The translations under genes were made by a program, and so were the position numbers. Below are positions 1 through 13,000 of a stretch of 39,529 bases of DNA, one piece after another. Numbering within the stretch: position 1 is the stretch's first letter; each line of letters opens with the position of its first letter. This DNA comes from Octopus bimaculoides (taxonomy: Eukaryota): NCBI RefSeq assembly GCF_001194135.2, contig NC_068987.1, positions 86,302,044-86,341,572 on the forward strand. The letters run 5' to 3'. Below the pieces are notes generated by a model, which was not told the DNA's origin, ran no database searches, and was given only the letters and a program-made list of their open reading frames with translations.

Positions 1-188
1 TAGCTGCTATTTCTGAACTTCGGTATGTGGTGAAGCAACCTGTTTGCTGATCCCTTAATTTTGTTTATAAATGTATAAGAACTTTTAAATAAGTTCCACA
101 CCGATAATAGTGCTTACATACCGAAGGGCTTGATAAAAATTATTAATTATTAATTTATTAATAAATTGATAATCTGTTACCCCTTTAA

Positions 189-359
189 TTGTGGGATGAA
201 GTTAAAATAATAGACAGGGAACAACACTGGAAAATACGAAGACTAAAATAAGCAGCAAATATGCTAGGACACAACAACCTCCTAAGCAGACCGAGTGCAG
301 ATATGAATAGCATATGGGAACCGGTATTGAGGAAGGATAGAAAATTAATAGGTTTATAA
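189..359 (+). pseudogene. Penelope-like retroelement (PLE) ORF C-terminus, end of GIY-YIG endonuclease region, 5'-truncated with one in-frame stop
   Basis: Frame from 189 reads LWDEVKIIDREQHWKIRRLK*AANMLGHNNLLSRPSADMNSIWEPVLRKDRKLIGL*. This resembles the W-D-x-V-K-I-[IL]-D-x-E...KEA...L-[NS]-R...IW pattern I recall at PLE GIY-YIG C-termini. TAA at 249-251 sits where GAA (KEA) is expected. Confidence 0.75.
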
Positions 360-388
360 GCCTTAAAATTCACCCCACAATTGCCCAC

Positions 389-530
389 GGGCATATGGCG
401 TAGTGGTTAAGAGCGCGGGCTACTAACCCCAAGGTTCCGAGTTCGATTTACGGCAGCGACGAAGGCTGGAGGGTATATCAGCCGAAACGTTGTGTTAATA
501 ATGTAAATAATTCCTCATCTCTTAAATATA
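389..530 (+). mobile_element. PLE 3' non-coding/pLTR-like segment with tRNA-like head and partial hammerhead motif (internally deleted copy)
   Basis: A box TGGCGTAGTGG (396-406) and B-box-like GAGTTCGATT (439-448), then GACGAA-GGCTG(464-468)..CAGCC(479-483)-GAAAC(484-488). Starts 30 bp after the PLE stop codon. Confidence 0.6.
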
Positions 531-536
531 TATATG

Positions 537-565
537 TACGAGGGTGAGTCAAAAAGTAATGCTAT
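537..565 (+). mobile_element. Tc1/mariner-type terminal inverted repeat remnant
   Basis: TACGAGGGTGAGTCAAAAAGTAATGC begins with TA and shares the GAGT-n-AAAAGTAA-n-GC core with the mariner right TIR at 21604-21629. No partner TIR found. Confidence 0.5.
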
Positions 566-1069
566 TTCATATGTAAGGCCCCATGAATGAACATAGTAAG
601 AGGGAACAAGAACATGGAAATGTTACAACGCCAACGTAATGACTGTTACAATATCTCGAAGTTCCTTAATTCCTTTTCGCTTCTCCAGGAAGCAATTTCT
701 GTGTTATTTATTGTATGCAGAACAGCATTTTGCTGCGCATATTTGCAACTTTAATTTATAAATCACATATATGCGCAACTTACTTGTTATAAGATATAAC
801 AAGAATAGTTATGCTATTAATGTCGATCATAAAATTTGGAATGCATGTTTGGTAGATTTCCTTTCAGGAAATATAATGGGCATAAAATTGAAGTTAATAG
901 CGCATTATAAATCTGATAATGACGAACAATTTTTGACGAAATATGTCGGTCACCTCTATAAAAATATGTGCGCATATAATATGTGTATGTGTGTTTATAT
1001 GTAGAGGTGTCTATGCATATATGCAGATAATTACACACACGCACGCACACACATATATGTATATTTACA

Positions 1070-1075
1070 TACATG

Positions 1076-1115
<40 letters not shown>
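1070..1115. repeat. (TA)n microsatellite within a degenerate CA/TA tract
   Basis: Direct reading of the sequence. Confidence 0.95.
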
Positions 1116-1116
<1 letters not shown>

Positions 1117-1868
1117 GTTTTTATAGCGAGACACATACAATTTGTTGACCCTACTCAAATTTATTCGCCAAATGAATTAATGTCTTAAATCTGTCATATA
1201 TGCTTTTCATAGCTTATATGGAATTATACTTCAAATTAATGTGAACACAGGCTAGACGCCATTTTGTGTTACTGAAGCTTTGAAAGTATTCTTCTAGTGA
1301 TAATAAAATATATACGATTTATGGTTGCTTATTAATTTAGATCAACTCTTGTAGATGTACATTTGTTGATTCAACACTTTAAAATGATAAATTTATTTGC
1401 AGAATGTTGCTATACTTCGTGAACGACAATAGAAAATATTCAACGGATCTTGATATGTAAACTGTTGAATATGGTTTTATTTCATTCATATTACTGGGGA
1501 CAATTGTGGAAATATATGAATAGAAACTTATAGTTTCTGAATAACCGCAACAATATGTCTGTCTTTATTGACTGTTAATATGTTTTGAGATGCTTCAAAC
1601 ATTATGCTGATATTGTGCATTCATTCTACTAGAGAGAATTCTATGATGATATTTCAGAAATATTAGAATTTCTATCACTGTAGCAGCATGCTAATCTGAA
1701 TTTACATTACTTTTCACTTTAATTCAAATGCAGTGAAGTTGTATTTGAGGTATAAACCTATCATCGTACGTTTTATTTAATAACGCGTTTTTTTTCTACA
1801 CCTGAGTAGGGTATATGCGCATATGGATATTCATACATTGGTACATACACAAACACACAAACATATAT

Positions 1869-1900
<32 letters not shown>

Positions 1901-1930
1901 TTATATAATAAATATATACGACGAGCTTCT

Positions 1931-2050
1931 TTTAGTTTCCGTCTACCAAATCAACTCACAAGGCATTGGTTGGTCCGAGGCTATAGTGGAAGACACTTGC
2001 CCAAGTTGCCACGCAGTGGGACGGAACCCGGAACTAACCCGATTGGGTTG
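1931..2050 (-). mobile_element. tRNA-derived SINE, family 2, partial copy
   Basis: Reverse complement (gttccgggttccgtcccactgcgtggcaacttgggcaagtgtcttccactatagcctcggaccaaccaatgccttgtgagttgatttggtagacggaaac) aligns with the copy at 33673-33830. Confidence 0.85.
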
Positions 2051-5000
2051 AATGTTACTGTTGTTACTCCCGTTGGACAACATATATTTGTCTTCTTTAT
2101 TCGTCGATTCGATGTTGCATAGCATTTGTGGACTATCTCATCCAAACGCTTGGAGAACTGGCTGTTGTTTCTAGCACATGCCAAGATCTCCTTCCTCCTT
2201 TCTTTCTCACTCTCACATCTATCGACGTTTTTCAAATTTTTCTCTCCATAAAGACGTTTTATGGAATGATGATGCCAAAGTAACCCACGCGTGGCATATG
2301 AAGAGAGAAAAAGAAAGAATGGTAATTTAAATTTTTACTCGCACCCCATCCGAGGCTGTGTATGTGTCACAAAACAACATTTACTAAGAGAAAAATCATG
2401 CTATCAAAATAATTCATTTTTTACATACCTCTTATCTAAATCACTCTGGATAAATCCCAGGAACAAACTTCTCAGGCTCTCCAAATTTTTTGAATTATGT
2501 AAACAGAAACAATCGGAGCAGGAAGTGAGGCTAAAAAAATCAAAAATTTTCAATCTTTTTCTTTTTGTTATAACATAAATGTGTTTATGGGGAAAAATAT
2601 TGAAAAACATCAAAACATATTTGAGTGTGAAAAAATTATGAGTGAGGTCTTGCGATATCCTAGAAAGAACCGCCAAATCCCCCTTGAATCACACACTTTT
2701 TACTCTATGATTAAATTTTTTTGTAAAAGAAAAGGTTTCTCCGTTGTCCTGTAAGTGCTTAGTAAAAATATGAAAAAATAAAAGACATTGACCAAACTCG
2801 GTCCGGACCGGGATGGTGAGGGGTGGCGGGAGTGAAAAAAAAGTTATAAATTTTTTCTTTGCTTCGTAAAAAGACACCTTCCATCATTCCGAATAAAGTG
2901 CTGTTAACTGCGATTCTTTCACTTACAATTTCTTTTCATAATTTTTACTGCAGATTTATTAATGATATAAATAACAGCATCGATTAATAAATGCATAAAT
3001 ATATTTCAACTACTTACTGTTTTAGATCCTTTGAAATAGTTTCTGCAAAATATAAATAATTACGTTAAGATATTTACATAAAAGTAGAAAAGGGAGAATA
3101 TTATGGAGTGATAAATATTGAATTTATTGATGAATACTGAAAGTATTTGAAAGTTATGATTTCAGTTTAGCATGAATTAACTTTCCGTCTTAATGCAATT
3201 ATTAATAAATTAATGCACGCGAGTTATGAATAGTTCAGTGCAAGAGAGAATACGAAACCTGAAAATGTTTCTATGACAAATAAAAATAATTGTAAGATTG
3301 GTGGTTCGCATTTTTGGATCGTTGGTGCTTGTGTTACCCAATTCGGTCGTCTGAATAAGACAGTGCTTTATACAAGAGCATTTTGTTCGTTAACAGTTCA
3401 AACTCTTCTACTTTCGCGAGAGCAATCAACTTTGATAGACTGTCATGTTCTCCATTCGTTTCTTTCATTAGACAAGATGAAGACAGCATTGACATCGGGA
3501 ATTTTGTTTTAGAATAGATGAGACGATGTAACAAAATTCTAAAATTCCCATTATTCCTATAAATTGAGCTGTTAAGTAAATTCGTTCATTTCTTTCCCAT
3601 TTCCTATTCCCTCTAAAAATCATGTTTGCCTTTGTGATTTGTTTAGCTTTAATTTCCCTCTACAACTCTTGTTTGTTATTTTGAAACTTAATTTTTTCTT
3701 TCTTTTAGACGTATGACGATGGAGTGTTGAACAGAAAAAACGAAGCACAATTATCTGAAAACCCAATAAATTCATTAAAGAAAAATACTTCCTGAAAATG
3801 AACTCCAGCTCTGGTTAGTTATTTACAACTCCAACTACTCGTACGCCATTTTTTAATATTATTTTCTCATCACAAATTCGGTTCCTTAGGGCGGTTGTAT
3901 TATCGATTTAAGATTATTAGTAGCTTGTTGATAGAATCCGAAATGATATTAATCATTGCAGATAATTATACATGGCAAATGACTCATATTTCAGCTCTAG
4001 GAAAACTGAACTTTGAGAAATGTATGCAATTCTGAAAAAATAAATAAATAAATAAAACAGAAAGAAAAACTTTAGCTGTAGAACTAACAGAATCTGGATA
4101 CAAATAGTAAAATTTATGTTTTCTCTTGTAAAATATAGAGCTGTAGATGTTGCCTGACATGAAGTAGCGTAAGTCACACGGTTCATCCAGTCTCTGTTTT
4201 TCAAGTCCATCGTCTTCTCGGAAAATTTTGTTTATATCATTTATTCCTCTTTTCACTGTCTCCGCCAGCCGCATTTTAGTTTTTATTTATCTGTCTAGGT
4301 TAAATGATTAATAGACAAAAGTTTTCTCCTTTTTACTTGCATGAACTTAGATGCCAAACATTCTCAGTCTGAAAAATAATATTTCTGTAACTCTATAAAC
4401 TAGCAAATAAAGTAGACACAATAGCTTGTTATTGTATCATCAGTATGCATCAAGGTACCATGATATTATGTCATCACAGCTCTCAACTAGACAATTACGA
4501 GAAAAAGACTTTCTCATATTTATCAGGACAGCTATTTACTACACCATAATGTTAAGAACAATCAAGATTATTTAGAATTGTTACTGTATTCCTTGAAGGA
4601 ATACAATAACCAAATGATTTATTATCGTTTGTTTCCAGAGTACGTCAACAGACCATTTTAATTCTGAATTAAAAATATTTATTGATTGGTTTTAAATGAT
4701 TATTCATTATATGGAAATATTTATTTTACGTTTTTATATGTGAGTCAGATTTCACTTCAATGTTCGATTTTACTATTTTTCATGTCACACTGTCTTAACT
4801 TGTTTGTCCTTCCTCAGAATATATGCAATATATGGGCGTAAGGGTTTATATATATGTGGGAGTGGGTCAGCTGGTGTATATGACTGTGTGTGTGTATTCA
4901 GATATAACAAACCGAGCAACTAGAAAAATGTTTGGTATTATTTATATCCCATATTAGAAATGTTTCATTCCGAAATAAGGATTATATAGGTCTACAAGTA

Positions 5001-5384
5001 GAAAAACATTTCAGGCATCTCTTTTTAAAATGATATTGAAACGTGTGTAATGGAAAATATAATACCAAAATTTTTGAAGTCTTCTATGTTGTTATATAAT
5101 TACTGAGCACAAGTATTTTCCAGTGTTTTACAATATACTTCGGTGTTTTCAACTGTCATGAAATAAATTATCTACACATATACTTTAGATCACTGGATTT
5201 TGCAGATGAGATTTGTGAAGACAAAGACACAGTTTAATTCCCAGTGCTTTAATAGTCAGCCCCAATGCGTCGAATCACAACCGACCGGTGAACTAGCAGA
5301 GCATATAGATAGAGTCTGTGTGTTGTATATATTTATTTATTTATTTATTTATATTGACTGATAGATAGATTGATAGATAGGTAA

Positions 5385-5551
<167 letters not shown>

Positions 5552-8115
5552 AAAAATAGATTTAGGCGTAATGTTTATGTAAATAATTAATTATTTTAAT
5601 TATCTGTTCAGTTGCGTAAAAAGATTAAAGGATATGTTGAAAATATATGCAAATCATAACTTTTATTCTCAGATAGGTCTAGCGTAATTAAATCAAGAAG
5701 ATTTTTTCTTATATGCATGTGTGCATGCATGTATGTCTCTGTCTGTCTCTGTGTTTATGTTTGTGTCTGTGTGTGCGCGTGTATGCATGTGTATGTGTAT
5801 AACTTGCTTAGGCAGCAAAAGTATATTGTGTTTTTCCTAGTATGCGGAACAATAATCTTTGAAGCATCTTTGGAAGATGATTCTTAATTACATTTCTGTT
5901 TACGTAACAGAATATTCGGTTGGTTTTACATTCTGTGCTAAAATAATTTCAAATAAATAACTATATATTAAACATATATGAATTATTCTGACGTATACTG
6001 GGTTGAATAAAAATATAATGTTACAGACATATATATATATATATATANNNNNNNNNNNNNNNNNNNNNNNNNNNNNNNNNNNNNNNNNNNNNNNNNNNNN
6101 NNNNNNNNNNNNNNNNNNNNNNNNNNNNNNNNNNNNNNNNNNNNNNNNNNNNNNNNNNNNNNNNNNNNNNNNNNNNNNNNNNNNNNNNNNNNNNNNNNNN
6201 NNNNNNNNNNNNNNNNNNNNNNNNNNNNNNNNNNNNNNNNNNNNNNNNNNNNNNNNNNNNNNNNNNNNNNNNNNNNNNNNNNNNNNNNNNNNNNNNNNNN
6301 NNNNNNNNNNNNNNNNNNNNNNNNNNNNNNNNNNNNNNNNNNNNNNNNNNNNNNNNNNNNNNNNNNNNNNNNNNNNNNNNNNNNNNNNNNNNNNNNNNNN
6401 NNNNNNNNNNNNNNNNNNNNNNNNNNNNNNNNNNNNNNNNNNNNNNNNNNNNNNNNNNNNNNNNNNNNNNNNNNNNNNNNNNNNNNNNNNNNNNNNNNNN
6501 NNNNNNNNNNNNNNNNNNNNNNNNNNNNNNNNNNNNNNNNNNNNNNNNNNNNNNNNNNNNNNNNNNNNNNNNNNNNNNNNNNNNNNNNNNNNNNNNNNNN
6601 NNNNNNNNNNNNNNNNNNNNNNNNNNNNNNNNNNNNNNNNNNNNNNNNNNNNNNNNNNNNNNNNNNNNNNNNNNNNNNNNNNNNNNNNNNNNNNNNNNNN
6701 NNNNNNNNNNNNNNNNNNNNNNNNNNNNNNNNNNNNNNNNNNNNNNNNNNNNNNNNNNNNNNNNNNNNNNNNNNNNNNNNNNNNNNNNNNNNNNNNNNNN
6801 NNNNNNNNNNNNNNNNNNNNAATAAAAGATTAAACTTTATATATATATACAAAGTTTTAATTTTTAAAAATCTTTAACGATATTATAAACTATAAAGATT
6901 AATTGTTAATCAAATATTATTAATCAAAAATAATCGAAAATATATCAACACTATTCAAATCGAAGTTCTAATATTATGTTGAAATGAAACTATAACTTCT
7001 AAATAATTTAGTGCTAAATAAGTTATCTATTAAAAATAATCTATAAAGAACCAAATGAATAGTATAAAAAACAAGAATACATATTAGTTTCAAATAGTAG
7101 AAAATCTTTAGCAAAGTTAAAAAACAGTACTTATCCAAATTTTTTTAAGCCACGTGCAATAATTTTGTAAATAATCACCGAGTATATAGTATTTATCTAC
7201 AGATATTACCATTTTATTAGTTTTTGATTTACGAAACAAATATGAGATGGAATACATCAATATATTTGATTATTATCTCACCTATGATTTTACATCTGTA
7301 AAATATCATATATTTAACTGGTATGTCGTGACGGATAATGTGCAACGCTTGATGAAAGAAAAAAGCTAAACAACGTGTTTAAAATAATAAGGGCCATTAT
7401 ATACCATAACCAGCAATTTGTCACAAAGCATTCATAAAACCTACAGAAACGTAAATTCACGAATATATATATGTATATATGCATGTATGTATGTANNNNN
7501 NNNNNNNNNNNNNNNNNNNNNNNNNNNNNNNNNNNNNNNNNNNNNNNNNNNNNNNNNNNNNNNNNNNNNNNNNNNNNNNNNNNNNNNNNNNNNNNNNNNN
7601 NNNNNNNNNNNNNNNNNNNNNNNNNTATGAGTGTGTGTGGATATATGTATATATGCATGTATGTATGTACGTATGTACGTATGTACGTATGTATGTATGT
7701 ATGTAGGTAAATGTATATGAATGTAAATATGTGGAATTTGCTTATAAGAAATAGTGAAAAGCAATTAAGACGACGAAGAATATAATTACTTTCATTCAGC
7801 TGAAGATGTTTGTCATTATTTCGACAACAAAGCTGGTGATGAATTTACCCAATGAAGTGCGTTACTTAGTGTATAATGGCGTCAGTAGCTCCCAGAGGCA
7901 ATGTGAAAAGAGAATAATTTTCATAGCTGCATTGCAAAATGCAACTAACAGTTTTAGTTTCATACAGCAATTGTATCATTTAATGACAATAGTCTATGGA
8001 AACAAGAAGAATCAGAATAATTTTATCTCGACAACGTGGTAACATTTCTAACTAATTTTCATGAAAATTAGCTTTCATATAGGTACGATATTGTAATCGA
8101 AGGCGAAAATTCAGG

Positions 8116-8260
8116 CGTGGATGTGGCTGCTTAGTAAGACGTTTGCTTCTCAACCCAATCGAACTAGATTGAGCCTCAATGCCTGCCGTCTAGGATAACT
8201 GTCTTCTAATATAGTCTCCGACCGACTAAAGCTTGCTAATTCGATTCGGAGGACCAAAAC
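8116..8260 (+). mobile_element. Highly degenerate SINE family 2 copy
   Basis: ggcgtggatgtggctgcttagtaagacgtttgcttctcaacc...tatagtctccgaccgactaaagcttg follows the same block order as ggcgcaggagtgactatgtgggtaagaagtttgctttccaacc...tatagcctcgggccgaccaagaagccttg at 33673. Confidence 0.55.
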
Positions 8261-9666
8261 TGGAAGAAGCTTTTAGTATATACAAATGCAGTGTGACCCA
8301 AAAGTAGATTTACCGTTATTCAACTATTTCTTTCGCATTCATATATTAACAGTTTAGATCTTAATTATATAAAAAAAAAAATGAAATCATCATTCTATGC
8401 TAATTCAGTTAATTTTGTCAAGCTCTCTTTTCAGTTGGTAAGATAGAAATTGGAATGTAATAAAATATTTTAAAACAAATTTAAAGTGCCTTCATGATAA
8501 CAGTAAACCTTCAGCCTTGGCCAAGTTATTAGGACACTCCAATGTTTATATATNNNNNNNNNNNNNNNNNNNNNNNNNNNNNNNNNNNNNNNNNNNNNNN
8601 NNNNNNNNNNNNNNNNNNNNNNNNNNNNNNNNNNNNNNNNNNNNNNNNNNNNNNNNNNNNNNNNNNNNNNNNNNNNNNNNNNNNNNNNNNNNNNNNNNNN
8701 NNNNNNNNNNNNNNNNNNNNNNNNNNNNNNNNNNNNNNNNNNNNNNNNNNNNNNNNNNNNNNNNNTATATATATATATATATATGTATGTATATATATAT
8801 AACCAAAATAAGCAACATTTACTGACATTTCAGTAAATTTTCTGTATTTTTGTGCAGCCGAAGATTGCTCTGTATTTTATATTTAATGTAATGCTCACTT
8901 TGCTTAAATAAATTGAGTCACATGAAATGATCGTACTGCATTAATCTTGAATATCCTTGTTGCTTATTTTGATTTTAATCACCTTATTTTGGAACTGTTT
9001 GGATAATACCATACTTCATTCTGGTGCCTAAACTTAAGTACCATATTCACCTTGAGTCTATATCTATCTATATATATACGTATGTTTTGCAACTGGTCAT
9101 TATATTGTTACCAATTATATAATTCTTTATCTTTTCATAATCGAAGTTTGCTTGTAATAGAATATTCATTAAAAAACTTTCACAAGTATTTTCTCTCAAA
9201 TATTCGCCGTATCTATGTGCAGTTATCATACTTTAATTATCACTGATTGTGCATTTATTAACATATGTTACGATAACATTCAAAAATACATGTTGCGCAT
9301 TTGTGAGACTCTTTTCAATTGCTTTTACTGTTGCTTGCTCTTTAGAATGCCGAGTGATTTGTAAAATAAAATAAAACAGTCAAATCAGTGATGAAATAGT
9401 TGATTTGTTTAAGAAATATACACTAATCTACTTGGCATAATTATAATTAAAAAACGAATTCATATAGCTCATAACACGTAATAATGACACGTATTATATC
9501 TTCCGAAAAGTGACTGATTAATAAACTCTTTGAAATTATGTATCTAGAAAAACAGAAAACAAATTTAGCAATTTTTCTCAAATTAATTTTAAATAAATGT
9601 TTTCAGATTGTAACCTGGTACTTGCTTTCACTTGTTCAGGATTGAAACAATATATCTGCAATACTA

Positions 9667-10087
9667 AGGCAGCGAGCTGGCAGAAACGTTAGCACGACGG
9701 GCGATATGCTTAGCGGTATTTCGTCTGCTGTGACGTTCTGAGTTCAAATTCCGCCGAGGTCGACTTTGTCTTTCATCCTTTCGGGGGTCGATAAATTAAG
9801 TACCAGTTATGCACTGGGGTCGATGTAATCGACTTAATCCCTTTGTCTGTCCTTGTTTGTCCCCTCTATGTTTAGCCCCCTCTATGTTTAGCCCCCTCTA
9901 TGTTTAGCCCCCTGTGGGCAATAAAGGAATAAGTATTTCGTCTGTCTTTAAGTTCTGAGTTCAAATTCCGCCGAGGTCGAAGTTTGCCTTTCATCATTTA
10001 GGGGTCGAAAAATTAAGTACCAGTTGCGTACCGGGGTCGATCTAATCCCTTCCCAAAATGTTGGGCCTTGTGCCTAGAGTAGAGAAT
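9667..10087 (+). mobile_element. Composite tRNA-derived SINE (family 1): full monomer plus second 5'-truncated body, bounded by an 18-bp TSD
   Basis: Head ggcagcgagctggcagaaacgttagc and B-box-like ttctgagttcaaattcc occurring twice. TSD AATATATCTGCAATACTA at 9649-9666 and 10088-10105. Confidence 0.9.
9861..9908 (+). repeat. 16-bp unit (CCCCTCTATGTTTAGC) x3 inside the SINE tail
   Basis: Three exact tandem copies; the homologous tail at 20125-20170 has a single copy. Confidence 0.95.
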
Positions 10088-13000
10088 AATATATCTGCAA
10101 TACTAGAAAGCTACGCATTGGTATGAAGTACATCTGCAATCATGCTAAGAATGTGTTCTTATTTTTGGAAGCTTTTCTCGTAGATAAAACTAAATACCTT
10201 GCCTCTTAGAAATTTACCAAGCAAAGGAAGCAAGGTAAATATAATACCATCAAATATACCCTTAAATATAATACCATTAAAGATGCTACTGCAGTTGTTC
10301 ACGTTACAATATCAGACCCAGTCTACTTATTTAGAGAGCTCCTCTAGTTTTACATCTCCTTTTCAACTATGCAAAAGTTATGATTGTATGTTGGTAGAGA
10401 CATAATCTACAAGTATAATAGTAAAGCTGAATCTGGTGAAGGAGGTGGCATTCTCACTCTAGAAAATTAAGCTGAAATTGTTACTGAAAATATGGGTTTC
10501 TTATATAAGTGTCATAAACATAGAGCACCCCCTCCACAGAGAAGAAAACAAAGCAATTGGCTGACTCACATATATTGTTAGATTAGATCTCCGTCAACCA
10601 TTTAGATGAATGATCTCTCGTTAGCTTATGTTCAACAGAATATGCCCCAATATATGAAATATGTAAAATAGCATTATACAAAATGTCATGAATAATCAAC
10701 TGTTTAAGTCACAAGTGATTGTACATACAGCAGAAGAAGCAGTTTGGAAGCATATATGTAATTTACTTTTGAAATATATGCTGGAAAGCCACTGATAGCA
10801 TTTCATTGTAATATACATGAAGAGGATTTGTATCAAAATGCTTCACTTATGTAAATCAAAGTAGAGATTATATTCTTAATATTATATAATTACATACTGG
10901 TGCATGCTGTCGTAATCCTGGAATTTCCTCTGTGAGAAAAAATCGGCGTACAGTGGATTACTTAGTTTCGTAGTTTCAGATTCGGTACTTAAAGGATTTG
11001 CTTGGTATTTGAATAAATTTCGCAAGGTTTGCGGAATGGAAATTGTTCTTGTTATAGATTATAAAATTATACGGAATTTGTAGAGCTGTAAATTGAATAT
11101 TTTTTAAACCCGATTTATTTTCATATTTTAATCTTTGACACAGAACTGAAAAAAAGTCTTGATGATATGATTGTTATCATCCAAGACTTTGAAATCCAAC
11201 TCACGTCATTGTAGTGAGATATCTAGACTATGCTTGTATAGACAAGTTCGCTTAGAGCGAAGCACAGAGAAATATTTCTCAAGCATCAAAATAAATACAT
11301 GTGGGATAACCAAACTGATGAGAAATCGTTGAGTTTAAAAGCAATTACCCAGATGAGTCAACAAGAGAACAAATTTCTCTGTAATTTACAAAGTTCGAAT
11401 GATTTGAAGAAACTATAAAATTTTGTAATTGCTCCGCAAGTGCAAATTTAAACATCCACAATTCGAAAATGTTCCAGTTGATTTATTTAGATATCGTTGA
11501 AATGCCAGCTATTGATTGGCAACGTTTTCTAAGTTGTTGGTTTGATAAATATTTTAGGAACCGAATTAGAAATCATTGAAAGAGATCTGTCTATAACACG
11601 AATAGTGTACCGAAGCGCTGAGAACAATGTTCTGAAACATTGGGATTCATTCCGAAAACTTTTACCTGAATAAAGCTGTAACATTAATGGTATCGTAAAT
11701 TAATATATAGTGACATGTGACATTCTTTTCATTAAGGAATTTAGTCAAATCTAATTATAGGAGTAACATTACATAATTAAATACGAACTGCATCTGTAGA
11801 GATCTAAATAACCAATAATATTTCTGCTATCATGTCGATAGTAAAGCAATAATGGACTTATCAACACCAAAATTTTATATTCTTTTGATTCTCATCAATC
11901 TTCGTATTATATTGTAAGTAATATATATCATCTTCCATTGTATTGGTTACAAATATAGATATTCATTATTGTCTGTTGCTTTCAAAATAGAAACTTAATG
12001 AAGAGGTATTAATTTCTGTTATATTTTGAAATATATATACATTAGTTATTGTGCTAACGAACTTCATGAGATACTTAATATATATAACATTCTCTGTGTT
12101 ATGCATCACTTAATGATAAAACAAAATCCTCCATAGCCCATGAATCAACAGCAACTATCATTTTTCATGTAAATGATACATTAATCAGGGCAAAATGATA
12201 TATATTATCGATGCTATAAATGTGAGCTTAGAGTAAAGCTGCCATACTAATTTTAGATAACAAACGTTTTCCTACAGTAGCTAGGAAGTAATCTGGAAAA
12301 TTATGTGGCATTAACATTTGTTGGAGGAGAGTTATATTATCATATCGGTTGGCAAATGTGGTATCTCGGCGAAGACAATGATACAATTCCTATTCTTTCT
12401 TTAGCACTTCTTTTCGCTTCCAGCATAAATATTTTACTTTTAACAGCTTTTGCTCAGACACTAATTGATTAAATTATTCCTTTTTAAGAAAACGAGACAT
12501 CACAGCAGAGTAGTGCAAATCCTTTGAAATATTCTTAGGTTTTAAAAATACCAACCTTCATATTTGCTTCCACTGTACTATATTATATGTCTTGTCTCTC
12601 TTAAAAATGCGAGTAGAGCAAAGCAGGAAACGATAGAATAGCATATGAATAACGTAATGTAGTTTCTAAAGCAGGGTACTCACATGTATGATCTTGTAAC
12701 AATTGAATCTTACCGATCTCAAAACACTTTTTATTTGTGTAGTGATGGCTCCGCTGCATAACGAAGCCAAATGTTCGAATTTTCTCGTGTTGCAGACACT
12801 CATGATGCATATTGTGGATCCATTCATTCACCACAATTTATGTTGGTCACCAATAACTATTCCATAAAGAGCAAGGTTTCCCTATGAAGAAAACGTCAGC
12901 GATGATGTAGTTCATATTTATTAAGTGAATCCTCCAAAAACATAACAATGTGTTGAAGTAAATTTTTGTGAGAAGACATGTTACTCTGACTGCAAGCTAC

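Noticed and set aside
389-450. tRNA gene
   Set aside because: A/B boxes are present, but the anticodon stem pairs poorly and there is no 3' acceptor strand; it is a tRNA-derived repeat segment.
3984-4274. Minus ORF MRLAETVKRGINDINKIFREDDG...
   Set aside because: No usable donor, it runs into low-complexity T-rich sequence, and I recognise no homology.
4527-5244. Possible plus-strand exon chain 4527-4639, 4819-4838, 5212 onward (DSYLLHHNVKNNQDYLELLLYSLKEYNNQMIYYRLFPEIYAIYGHEICEDKDTV*)
   Set aside because: Phases can be made to fit, but AG/GT sites and short open frames are common by chance in AT-rich DNA and I recognise no homologue.
7801-8038. ~80-codon frame bounded by cag| and |gtaac
   Set aside because: No recognisable domain; length is within chance expectation for this window.
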